A stretch of 54,313 bases of DNA from IMG/VR virus record IMGVR_UViG_3300043596_000010, positions 1 to 54,313 of that record; one strand, given 5' to 3'. Source of the stretch: a virus. Taxonomy: Duplodnaviria; Caudoviricetes. A program made the translations under genes and the position numbers. Position 1 is the first letter of the stretch, and each line of letters begins with the position of its first letter. The notes under the pieces were generated by a model. That model was not told where the DNA came from and did no database searches. It saw nothing but the letters and a program-made list of their open reading frames with translations. This document shows positions 29,089 through 37,786 of this stretch, piece after piece.

Positions 29089-29288
29089 ATAGGCCTTAAC
29101 TGCCTTAACTGCCATGCGTGGGCATATGTGTACATCGGATACTCGCCGGGCTCACAAACACTACGAAGTCGAATCAAGTTGGTCTGTGGGTCAATACCCA
29201 TAAACCAAACAACTTCTCCAGTATCTAGTACCAATTGAGTTAGCTTTTTAAGCTCATTCAACTCTACCAACTCCATAATTATCCTCAC
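29085..29288 (-). CDS. Hypothetical protein
   Basis: First ORF downstream of the non-coding region. Confidence 0.55.
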   Translation of the reverse strand: MRIIMELVELNELKKLTQLVLDTGEVVWFMGIDPQTNLIRLRSVCEPGEYPMYTYAHAWQLRQLRPI

Positions 29289-29470
29289 TTTTGAGAGTTT
29301 GTGCGTTAGTAACCCCTAGTAGCCTTTAACAGCCCTTAGCAATCCTTAGCGACCCATTTAGTGCCTTGCCTTAATAGCGCAGCGGTGGCGGTCGGCCGGA
29401 GATTTGCCCACAGGGGGTGCGGAATTGGCACTTGAATGACCACTGAAAGTGGTTGTTAGGGGAGGTTTAT

Positions 29471-29504
29471 AGAACGTGTGTTTGTATCGTCGTACGTATG
29501 TTTG
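29471..29504. promoter_or_regulatory. Two degenerate LexA (SOS) boxes
   Basis: AGAAC-GTGT-GTTTG and CGTAC-GTAT-GTTTG. Confidence 0.45.
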
Positions 29505-29835
29505 ATGGACGATTCTTAGTATTTCATAGTATATAGACTATGAGGGAAGACTATGAAAGACCATGAAAAAGGTAATATGGTTACTATAGAATCTAGTACG
29601 AATGTATATTTGAAGTTTGACGTCTCTTTATGGTCTATATATAAGAGTATATATATATTAGATAACTACAAAGAACTTCTTAAGATCTGATATGAACCGT
29701 ATAACTATACTGTAACTATGAACTAGTTAGTTATATATCTGGCCAAAACACGTTGACTTGGGGATGTATAAATCTAACAGTCGTGTCACTTTCCAAAAAT
29801 GCCTTTGACGGCCATCGAAATGACATGACATGGTA

Positions 29836-29849
29836 CGAACGCTTGTTCG
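29836..29849. promoter_or_regulatory. LexA (SOS) box
   Basis: CGAAC-GCTT-GTTCG. Confidence 0.65.
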
Positions 29850-30219
29850 CTGTATGATTATTTAGGCTCATACAGTGTAACCTACGTCGGTGCGTACCAT
29901 ACTTGCACACCATTCTCAGTACCCCCGAAAATAGTACTAGGCGCCTAGTGATTAAAACGCTATCTACCCGTATCTATCTAAGATCAGCACCATCATGTAT
30001 AAGAAGTAAAGGCATGACTGTCTATCCATGAAGGGCAAGACATCTATACTATATGTATAGGAGGAGGTTACAGGACGGACACTCACATGACATGAGATAT
30101 ACCGGGCTGCCTCTTAGCATTAGTCTTAGTGCTTTGTGGCACTAAAGAGCACCTAAGCGCACCTAAGCCGATTAGCTTAGGTACTCTATGGTGTTACAAA
30201 GCGAATAGCGTTGGATTAA

Positions 30220-30489
30220 CTAGTAGTCGACATCAATGCACGTAGTGGGCAGCACACTGTTAGGTGTACCGCCCATGTCCAAACACCGTTGCTTCCAACC
30301 GAATTGGTCGGACTGACCAGTGTCATCCATAATGATATTCAACTGCGTTGGCTTATCGAGATTAGGCACCACGCCTGTCTCATCGACCGTTACTACCTGT
30401 GGGCTCGTATCCGGGGTGGCGCCGTCATGGCAACCACCAAACACCATAAGAACTGCTACGAACCTACTGAACAGCTTTAGCGCTTTCAT
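30220..30489 (-). CDS. Putative lipoprotein / secreted protein
   Basis: Basic N-terminus, hydrophobic stretch, FGGC lipobox-like, C-terminal CxxxGG...C. Confidence 0.6.
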   Translation of the reverse strand: MKALKLFSRFVAVLMVFGGCHDGATPDTSPQVVTVDETGVVPNLDKPTQLNIIMDDTGQSDQFGWKQRCLDMGGTPNSVLPTTCIDVDY

Positions 30490-30725
30490 GCCAACATCGC
30501 TGACATAATAGGCAGGTCGAAAGGAAAGAACATATCAATCAGTGCTTGGAAGTTAGCCTCAGTAGGCTCACCCCAGCACACCATAATCATTGCCCTACGC
30601 AGCAACCTGGCGGCATTGGTAGGATCGTCAAACTCGAATTCCAGTATGAAGCTCAACTCGCTAACGCATTTCTCAAATTCATACCGTTCCATTGTTGCCC
30701 TTTCTAAGTAAACACGAACTAGCAC
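30486..30725 (-). CDS. Hypothetical protein (start uncertain)
   Basis: ATGA overlap with downstream gene. Confidence 0.5.
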   Translation of the reverse strand: MLVRVYLERATMERYEFEKCVSELSFILEFEFDDPTNAARLLRRAMIMVCWGEPTEANFQALIDMFFPFDLPIMSAMLA

Positions 30726-31420
30726 TACTAACTCATTAAGAGCAGTAGTGCTAGTCGTGATTACTTGAAATGTCGTATTTCAATTTCTGACCTAGCAAGC
30801 TCAACGGTGGCAGACGAGATAGTGATTATGTTGGCGTTTCGTCCTAATATGTCAAGTCTGGCAGATTGCATATGCCCGAATTTCCGTGGCTGAGGCAACT
30901 GCTCGCACCGTGTCTAACGTTGCTAGGCAAGGTTCGGATTCCGTCTTAGCTGGTAGTTTGGATCTGGGGAGAACATGTCCGTTTGCATTGCCGTTGCCGG
31001 TTGCGTACGGGGCCGATCAATCCCTAGTCAGTGACTAGCTCAAGAATTCAACCTCTAAGACCTCGGGTTTAACGTGCCAGGTGCAACACGGTGATTCAAC
31101 CAGCTATTGCTGGCCTACAGGGGTAGGTGGCCAAATGCTTGTGGAATGCGATTCGATCTAGGGCCTTTCCGCTTGCCGTTTCCCTTACAGACACCAAGTT
31201 AGCAGGTCTGGGGCGATGGGGCGACAAATTTGGGTACTTTCTTGCGGAACCGCATTCCGCCCCCTCAGGGGGCCTAGGCGGCCCTGGAAGGCCCTGGAGC
31301 AGTGGTAGGTCCTGCCAGCGCTGGAAGGCCAGCGGAACGCCGTTCCGGGGCGTATGCGGGGATGCTGGCTGGGGCTAGCCCCTGGCACCCTACCCCTAGG
31401 CACCCTACCCCCACAGGGGT

Positions 31421-31460
31421 ACCCCTATATACCCCTATATACCCCTATATACCCCTATAT
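31421..31460. repeat. Tandem repeat (ACCCCTATAT)x4
   Basis: Four exact 10-mers. Confidence 0.95.
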
Positions 31461-31644
31461 AGCATATGGGTACACACATATACACCATACTACATGAGAG
31501 TGTATGGGTATGTACCACACTACATGCACATACATGGTAGTACATACATATACACCATAGTACATAAGAGTACACACATATACACTATAATACATACATA
31601 TGCATGAGATAGCACGAGAGGGCAGAAGGGGTACATATGTTCTA

Positions 31645-31658
31645 CGAACGTATGTTCG
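31645..31658. promoter_or_regulatory. LexA (SOS) box
   Basis: CGAAC-GTAT-GTTCG. Confidence 0.7.
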
Positions 31659-31706
31659 GTGGGGGCGGCGGCCGATCGAGCTCGAAGGCGAGTTAAGCAT
31701 CCTTAA

Positions 31707-31720
31707 CGAACGAACGTTCG
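31707..31720. promoter_or_regulatory. LexA (SOS) box
   Basis: CGAAC-GAAC-GTTCG. Confidence 0.65.
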
Positions 31721-31738
31721 ACTCAAAAGAAAGTGGGT

Positions 31739-31843
31739 GGTCCCAAATTTTTCTGAGCGGTTTTAGTTCTTAAGGTCCCAAATTTTTCTGAGCGATTTTA
31801 ACTCTTAGGGCCTAAATTTTTCAGACTAATTTTGGTTTCTTAG
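31739..31843. repeat. Three imperfect 35-bp direct repeats
   Basis: GGTCCCAAATTTTTCTGAGCG.TTTTA.TCTTA twice plus a degenerate third copy. Confidence 0.85.
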
Positions 31844-31922
31844 CAAGTAATCTTAATAAAGTCTTTAACTAATTACTTAATACCAAACCTTAGTCGGTAC
31901 CCAAAAAAGTTCTCTAAACTAC

Positions 31923-31951
31923 TTGCGTTTGGTCTGCCCGTCACCTATACT
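31923..31951 (+). promoter_or_regulatory. SigA-type promoter for terminase small subunit / late arm
   Basis: TTGCGT-17 nt-TATACT. Confidence 0.65.
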
Positions 31952-31992
31952 CAGTTTAGGTTAAACAGCCCAACACCTAAGGCTATGGTGCT

Positions 31993-32280
31993 ATGAATCC
32001 GCTAACGCAAGACCAAATGGATGCTTTGCTGTTAGAGACTACCAGCATGCACAATGGCAACGCCCGAGATCACGCTAACGACATCTTTAGGACTTGGGCT
32101 CCAGCGGCTGCGCACACGATTTGTGAGTTGGCAACGGTTTGCCCTGACCCTAAGCTCCGGTTTGAGGCTGCTAAGTACGTGACTGAGCGTAATCTTGGCA
32201 AGGTTTCAGCGTCTTCGGTCGATGAAGACATGCCGATTGAGCAACTTATGCGGGAACTCACTAAGAGCAATCCTAATTAA
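31993..32280 (+). CDS. Putative terminase small subunit
   Basis: First late-arm gene; A...I.ELA......RFEAAKYV.ER.LGK helical motif. Confidence 0.55.
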   Translation: MNPLTQDQMDALLLETTSMHNGNARDHANDIFRTWAPAAAHTICELATVCPDPKLRFEAAKYVTERNLGKVSASSVDEDMPIEQLMRELTKSNPN

Positions 32281-32313
32281 CCCCTAATTAACCCCTAATT
32301 AACCCCTAATTAA
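32272..32313. repeat. 11-bp tandem repeat (CCCCTAATTAA) x~3.8
   Basis: Direct read. Confidence 0.9.
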
Positions 32314-32336
32314 TAAGGTCTTAAGTAAAAATTAAG

Positions 32337-32427
32337 ATAAAATCTGGCTCTACCTTAAGGATGCGAAAGGTTTCACGGGGATTCTTCGGACCCTGTGGGA
32401 CTTCCTTAAGGTAGGGCCAGATTTTAT
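32337..32427 (+). other. Long RNA hairpin with CUUCGG apex
   Basis: 25-bp basal stem with one G-U, inner GTTTCACGGGG/CCCTGTGGGAC stem. Confidence 0.7.
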
Positions 32428-32460
32428 TTACGGTTTTAGGGCCTTTTAAGGAATAATTAC

Positions 32461-32664
32461 GTGAAATTACCTAGAAATGGCCCTGAAATGGGCCTTTTGA
32501 TTAAGCGAATTCACGGTGTTTTGACCCTACTGTGGATAGTGTTATTGGTTCCGAGCTTGACTATTTGGAAAAACAGCCTGCTGTGGGTTGTTTTTATGAG
32601 TGCTTGGGCCAATATTGCTAGTCATGCTGCTGGCTGGTTAGCTGGTGAAACTGCGAATGATTAG
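32461..32664 (+). CDS. Small membrane protein
   Basis: Two hydrophobic segments; S.WAN...H motif. Confidence 0.65.
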   Translation: MKLPRNGPEMGLLIKRIHGVLTLLWIVLLVPSLTIWKNSLLWVVFMSAWANIASHAAGWLAGETAND

Positions 32665-32725
32665 GCGTTTTTAAGTTGATATTGCGCTAAATGATGGCGC
32701 ACAAACCAACAAGGAATAGGTATAA

Positions 32726-33301
32726 ATGACTGCACTGATTACTAATGATGCTGAGGAACTGGCTCTGCTTGAGCTTGGCCTTGAGCTTCCTACTATGGAT
32801 GAGATTGTTGGCCTTAGGGGTTACGGTTACTACACCCTTACGGATGAGAATGGTGAGCTCAAGGACGCTGGGTTCTTTAAGAACCTGATTACGCAGATTG
32901 GCGATCAGTACTACGGTGAGCGGGCTGCCGGTATTGCTAGCCCTCCAGGTCAGGCTACTGGAATGCAGCTTGGCACTGGTACTACTACTCCGGCTAAGAC
33001 TTCTACCGGCGCTGCCATTGTTACTTTGGTTGCTGCCAGCCTTGTTGCTATTGACGCCAGCTTTCCGACTTCGGCGCTTAACGGTTCTAGCCGGCGCATT
33101 CAGTGGAAGACGACTTGGCCTGCCGGTACTGCTACCGCTTCGGGTATTGCTGAGGTTGCGCTGGTTAACCAGTCGACCGGTACTCAGACTGTGGCACCTG
33201 CTGCTGCAACGATTTCTCGTGCGCTGCTTAGCCCTACTGTTAACAAAGGCGCTTCGGATACTCTGGCGGTTACTTGGAACCACGACTTGCTGGGTGCGTA
33301 A
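32726..33301 (+). CDS. Putative virion structural protein
   Basis: NLIT..G, M.LGTG.T, I.E.AL.N, VNK...DTL.VTW pattern of phage fibre-base-like proteins. Confidence 0.7.
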   Translation: MTALITNDAEELALLELGLELPTMDEIVGLRGYGYYTLTDENGELKDAGFFKNLITQIGDQYYGERAAGIASPPGQATGMQLGTGTTTPAKTSTGAAIVTLVAASLVAIDASFPTSALNGSSRRIQWKTTWPAGTATASGIAEVALVNQSTGTQTVAPAAATISRALLSPTVNKGASDTLAVTWNHDLLGA

Positions 33302-33402
33302 TGGCTAAACAGGTTACTGGTTTTAGCGGCCAGCAACAGCCACCCAATAAACCAAAACCGCCAGCTAGTCAAGTAAACCCACCTAACCCTCCAAGGAAGT
33401 AA
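33301..33402 (+). CDS. 33-aa Pro-rich micro-protein
   Basis: TAATG coupling; MAKQVTGFSGQQQPPNKPKPP... Confidence 0.45.
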   Translation: MAKQVTGFSGQQQPPNKPKPPASQVNPPNPPRK

Positions 33403-33405
33403 TTT

Positions 33406-33504
33406 ATGGATTACCGTACTATGAGCCTTATTGAAGTGCTGACGTTTGTTGTGGTGGTTTTGATTTGGTTGCAGGTTATTGGTGTTATAACAATCGGCAC
33501 TTGA
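33406..33504 (+). CDS. 32-aa single-TM micro-protein
   Basis: AAGGA SD; hydrophobic core. Confidence 0.5.
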   Translation: MDYRTMSLIEVLTFVVVVLIWLQVIGVITIGT

Positions 33505-33520
33505 GGAAAGGTAGCTGAGT

Positions 33521-33865
33521 ATGACCGAACCATACTTAGGCAGTTTTAATGCATATCAAGAAGATACGCCATTATACTTAAGCGATAACGAATATCTAAT
33601 TGATTATGGCGAAGAATACGATCAAGAGCATGAATATTATAAAAAGTGGCAAGAGGCTAAAGACTACGACGAAAGTGGGCAACCTATGGCAACTGATCAC
33701 GGTCGAATTAGCGATGGTATTATGGTTGAGCTTAATGGCGAGCCAACCGTTAAGGGACCACAGGAGAATCTTGAAGAAGCCGAGCGAAACAAGCTGGCCA
33801 ACAAGGAAATGAAGGCGTTCCTAAAGGCACAAGAGCTTGAGGTTAAGGGACCTGCTGATAACTAA
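33521..33865 (+). CDS. Hypothetical acidic protein
   Basis: SD and TAATG coupling. Confidence 0.65.
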   Translation: MTEPYLGSFNAYQEDTPLYLSDNEYLIDYGEEYDQEHEYYKKWQEAKDYDESGQPMATDHGRISDGIMVELNGEPTVKGPQENLEEAERNKLANKEMKAFLKAQELEVKGPADN

Positions 33866-34947
33866 TGGCTAGACGAACCAGTGTTGTAATTGGCCGTACG
33901 AGTCAGACCTTAGCTAACGCACTGACTGACACTTTAGGTGTTTCAGATAGTGTTAGTCGTACTGTTAGTAGGTTGATGGGTGACGGAATGGGCTTAAGTG
34001 ACGCTATTAGCGTTGCTTTAAGTGGTGCGCCCATTGACGGCAGAATTATTTCGGCTGCTAACACTGGTTATACTGGTTTAGGTGCTACGTCAGGCAACTT
34101 GACTAACCACGCAGGCGGTAACGTTAGTGCTAGCCTTAGCCGTAGGAAGTTCACTGCCCCTGTGGTCATTACAGGGAATAACGTTACCCTTAGCGAGTGC
34201 TGGTTTAGCTTTGCTGGGGGCTCGACTACGAACCCACTAATTATAAACGGCAACAATGCTGTGGTTACGTACTGCACCATTGCGCCAAGCGATGCTAACT
34301 CGTTCTACAACTGCATTCTGCCAGACGATAACTCGTTGAACTGCTTAATTCAACGGTGCGATGTGTCTAAGGGTAACAACATTATTAGTATTAATGGTGG
34401 GTACGGCATTATTGAAGAATGTTACTTACACGACACGCTAGATACATTCAATGCTGATCCTCACAAGGATAACATTGAAATGTATGGTAACGATGACATT
34501 GGTTGGGTTATTCGTAACAACCGATTGAAGTTTGGCGATGGTGGTGTAGTTAGTAATATTAACTGTGCGCCATGGTTTAACCCGGCTGGTGGGGGGCCTG
34601 GAGCTACGGCTAAGAACAACACTATTGGACCAGGTAACTGGCTTAGTGGTTCTGCCAGAACCTTTACTGTGGGTAATGGCGGTAGCAACCAGGGCGTTAA
34701 CTCGATTACGAACTTTAAAATCTTTGGTAACTTTATTACTGGCGACAACTCAACGTTTGGCGCCCACAGCATTATAACTAACTCTGATGGTAGGACCATT
34801 GCTCAGACTATTACTGAGCTTAATGCTCATCCTACTTGGATTTATGCTCCGGCTGCGCAGGATGGTGCTAACGCACCTAATGTTTGGTATGGAGATACTG
34901 CGGCAGGTGTTTCGCCTAGCTTGGATGGGCAGGTTGTAACCTTCTAA
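33865..34947 (+). CDS. Right-handed beta-helix (pectin-lyase-like) protein, possible depolymerase/fibre
   Basis: Asn-ladder repeats, IEECYLHD, H.D.I; N-terminal D..GLSD repeats. Confidence 0.7.
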   Translation: MARRTSVVIGRTSQTLANALTDTLGVSDSVSRTVSRLMGDGMGLSDAISVALSGAPIDGRIISAANTGYTGLGATSGNLTNHAGGNVSASLSRRKFTAPVVITGNNVTLSECWFSFAGGSTTNPLIINGNNAVVTYCTIAPSDANSFYNCILPDDNSLNCLIQRCDVSKGNNIISINGGYGIIEECYLHDTLDTFNADPHKDNIEMYGNDDIGWVIRNNRLKFGDGGVVSNINCAPWFNPAGGGPGATAKNNTIGPGNWLSGSARTFTVGNGGSNQGVNSITNFKIFGNFITGDNSTFGAHSIITNSDGRTIAQTITELNAHPTWIYAPAAQDGANAPNVWYGDTAAGVSPSLDGQVVTF

Positions 34948-37475
34948 TGAGTATTGCAGCAGGCACTAACCTAGTCGAAGACATTAACTCAGACACTATT
35001 GTATTCTCATCTACTGCTTTTGCATCTAACACGCTTTTAGTTGTTAGAGTTAACGGCGACTCGAGCGGCATTAACACCCGTAGTGTTTCTAGTATTACGG
35101 GTAACAGCCTTACTTGGACGTTAAAGAAGCGCCAGGCTGTTACCTCTGGCGGCTATTCTGAGATTTGGACGGCGTTCTTAACCACAGGTGCTACGTTTTC
35201 TGTTACTGTTAACCTGACTGGCGATAGCAACTTCCAGGGCCAAGCTGTTCTTACGCCATTTACTGGTGCCAGTTCTACTTTAGGTGCTGTGGCTGGTGCT
35301 AGTTCTACTAGTGGGCTGCCTTCAGTGGCGCTCACTACTACAGGTAACAACTCCGTAATCCTAGCTAGTGCGGCTGACTGGAATCAAAAGGGCTTAGGCA
35401 CTGCCGGTACCGCTCAGACTATTGAATCTGAGCGTAATATTGCCGGCTTTGTTACTTGCCACTTCTGGAAGACCACTACTGTGGTTGCAACCAGTGGTAC
35501 TAGCCAGACTATGAATCTGACAGCACCCGCTGCTCAGAGTTATAACATCGCTATTATTGAAGTTCTTGAAGCTGCTGGCGGAACCAACTACACGCAGACA
35601 CTAACTGACGGTGCTGGCTTAACTGACTCGGCTTCTGGTGTTCAGGGTTGGAAACCAACAGTTAGTGAAACGCTTGGGGCCGTTGATAGTTCTAGCTTTG
35701 TTGCTGCGTATGCCAGAGCTATTAACGATACGCTGGGGCTTTCAGACACTGTTTCTGTGCCGGGAGTTGGTGGCGGTAATACCACACAGACTATTGGCGA
35801 TGTAATCGGTTTAGTTGACAGTATTGTACAAACTAGCACAAACGTACAGACTATTACCGATGCTATTGGCTTAGTTGACAGTATCGCACAACAGAGCTTT
35901 ACGTTTGCGGCACAGATTACTGATACGCTTGGTATAGTTGATACGCCAACCGATATTGCGTTCGTTTATGACGATGATTATACAGACTCACTTGGTATTA
36001 CAGATACTAGTACACAAGTTTCTGTAGCTACTCAGAGTACAACTGATTTAGCTGGCCTTAGTGATTCTATTTCGGTGTCGGTTACTGTTGGAGCTATTAC
36101 TGACCCGTTGGGGCTTGTTGATAGCCTTACTATGGCTTTCTCAGATGAGAAAACCGATAGTCTGGGGCTCCTCGATACTACCAAGGTAGATTTCGCTAAG
36201 GTTATTAGCGATAGCGAGACTATTGCTGACGCTATAACCTCTGTCAGCACCTATACACAAACCGTTTCTGACACTATCGGCTTAGTTGATAGTTCAGTTT
36301 CTAACGTTGTTGCAACACCTAGCATAACCGACCCTGTGGGCCTGGTTGATAGTATTTCTGCCTTAGTTAACTATAACCAAGCACTAACTGATAATGTCGG
36401 AGGCATAGATCAAGCTAATTGTGCTAGCACCTATGTGCAAAGCGCTAACGATTTGGTTGGTCTTATAGACGCCGTTGTAACTGTTGCTAACACCAACGTT
36501 ACAGTTAACGATGTTATCGGTGCCGTAGACGCCATTACCACAAGTACCAATAAGGATCTTGCGGATTCTGCCGGGCTACTCGATAGTGCTAGCCCACAGG
36601 TTAACTATGCCAGACCTACCACCGATTTGGCACAGCTTTCTGATAGCTTGAATGTTGAGACTAGTACAGCCTTTAACTTCAACGTTGCTATTAATGATCT
36701 TATTGGGCTAACGGATTCTGCGCTCAATCAAACTAGCTACAACGTTAGCATCAACGAAACTGTGGGAATGAGTGATGCCCCGTTTCGATCCAGTGATGCT
36801 ACGAGAGGCATTGACGATAGTATTGGATTGGTTGACAGCCAACTTTCCCTAGGTCAATACTTCCCAGTTTTCACCGATATTATTGGCGCTTCTGATAACC
36901 TTGGCTATCAGGTCAATATTAATGTTAACCTATTTGATCAGCTAAGTCTTACAGATCAAGTTGCAGCTATTCAGACTAGCTTGCAAAGTATCTCTGATAG
37001 CTCTGGGCTAACCGATACTTCGGCTATCGTACAGGTTATTAATCGTGCATTGACTGATGCTTTAGGGCTTACTGATAGTAGTGCTAATAATACTGACTTT
37101 GTAACCTTTGTTACTGACACGGGCCAACTAAGTGACTCGCAGCTTCAACAGTTATTAGCTAGCCCCGCATTTACAGACCTTTTGGGCTTTACTGATACTG
37201 TTAGTAGTCGACTTGATAAGGTTATTTCTGATAGTGCTGCAATTCTAGATTCTGTAACTAATATCTCTGTCTACCAACAGACTATTTTTGATGGCCTAGG
37301 CATTCTCGATAGTATTACTGCTAACGCTACGCTCAATCGGCAAATCATTGACACTATAGCGCTAATTGACACCTTGCAAAAGGCAGGAATAGTACAAATC
37401 TCCATTACTGTTGGAGACCTACACCTTAAGTGGGTATTCGGAGCGTTGTCTATTACTAACGGAGAGCTAGCATGA
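34947..37475 (+). CDS. Long repeat-containing virion fibre-like protein
   Basis: About 210-aa beta-rich N-domain then more than 25 repeats of ~22 aa with xTDxxGLxD. Confidence 0.7.
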   Translation: MSIAAGTNLVEDINSDTIVFSSTAFASNTLLVVRVNGDSSGINTRSVSSITGNSLTWTLKKRQAVTSGGYSEIWTAFLTTGATFSVTVNLTGDSNFQGQAVLTPFTGASSTLGAVAGASSTSGLPSVALTTTGNNSVILASAADWNQKGLGTAGTAQTIESERNIAGFVTCHFWKTTTVVATSGTSQTMNLTAPAAQSYNIAIIEVLEAAGGTNYTQTLTDGAGLTDSASGVQGWKPTVSETLGAVDSSSFVAAYARAINDTLGLSDTVSVPGVGGGNTTQTIGDVIGLVDSIVQTSTNVQTITDAIGLVDSIAQQSFTFAAQITDTLGIVDTPTDIAFVYDDDYTDSLGITDTSTQVSVATQSTTDLAGLSDSISVSVTVGAITDPLGLVDSLTMAFSDEKTDSLGLLDTTKVDFAKVISDSETIADAITSVSTYTQTVSDTIGLVDSSVSNVVATPSITDPVGLVDSISALVNYNQALTDNVGGIDQANCASTYVQSANDLVGLIDAVVTVANTNVTVNDVIGAVDAITTSTNKDLADSAGLLDSASPQVNYARPTTDLAQLSDSLNVETSTAFNFNVAINDLIGLTDSALNQTSYNVSINETVGMSDAPFRSSDATRGIDDSIGLVDSQLSLGQYFPVFTDIIGASDNLGYQVNINVNLFDQLSLTDQVAAIQTSLQSISDSSGLTDTSAIVQVINRALTDALGLTDSSANNTDFVTFVTDTGQLSDSQLQQLLASPAFTDLLGFTDTVSSRLDKVISDSAAILDSVTNISVYQQTIFDGLGILDSITANATLNRQIIDTIALIDTLQKAGIVQISITVGDLHLKWVFGALSITNGELA

Positions 37476-37786
37476 GAGTATTAACCTTGCCTCAGGAAAC
37501 GCAAGAATATGTATGGGTACCTATCACGCTTAAAATGGATGGCGTACCTTATGTTCCTGATGATCCTGATATTAGCTTTGCCTTTTGCGATGTTGGAACT
37601 AAGCCAGAGAATTCTCAGTTTTCCATAACTGGTAACTTATCATTCCGAGAGATTGATGGTAAGGCATCAGTTAACTTCTTCTTTGACGCAACCGTTTTTG
37701 CTATTGGCCGTTACGATGTTTGGATTCAAATAGTTATCTTAGGTGAACATGTTAAGCGTAAGCTTGGTCATATTAGGTTAGTCTAA
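37472..37786 (+). CDS. Hypothetical beta-sandwich virion protein
   Basis: G.YDVW.QI motif; coupled to neighbours. Confidence 0.55.
   Translation: MRVLTLPQETQEYVWVPITLKMDGVPYVPDDPDISFAFCDVGTKPENSQFSITGNLSFREIDGKASVNFFFDATVFAIGRYDVWIQIVILGEHVKRKLGHIRLV

Noticed and set aside
31127-31700. ORFs 31127..31378, 31185..31403, 31302..31607, 31455..31700
   Set aside because: Arise from GC-rich or low-complexity repeats; no SD, implausible composition
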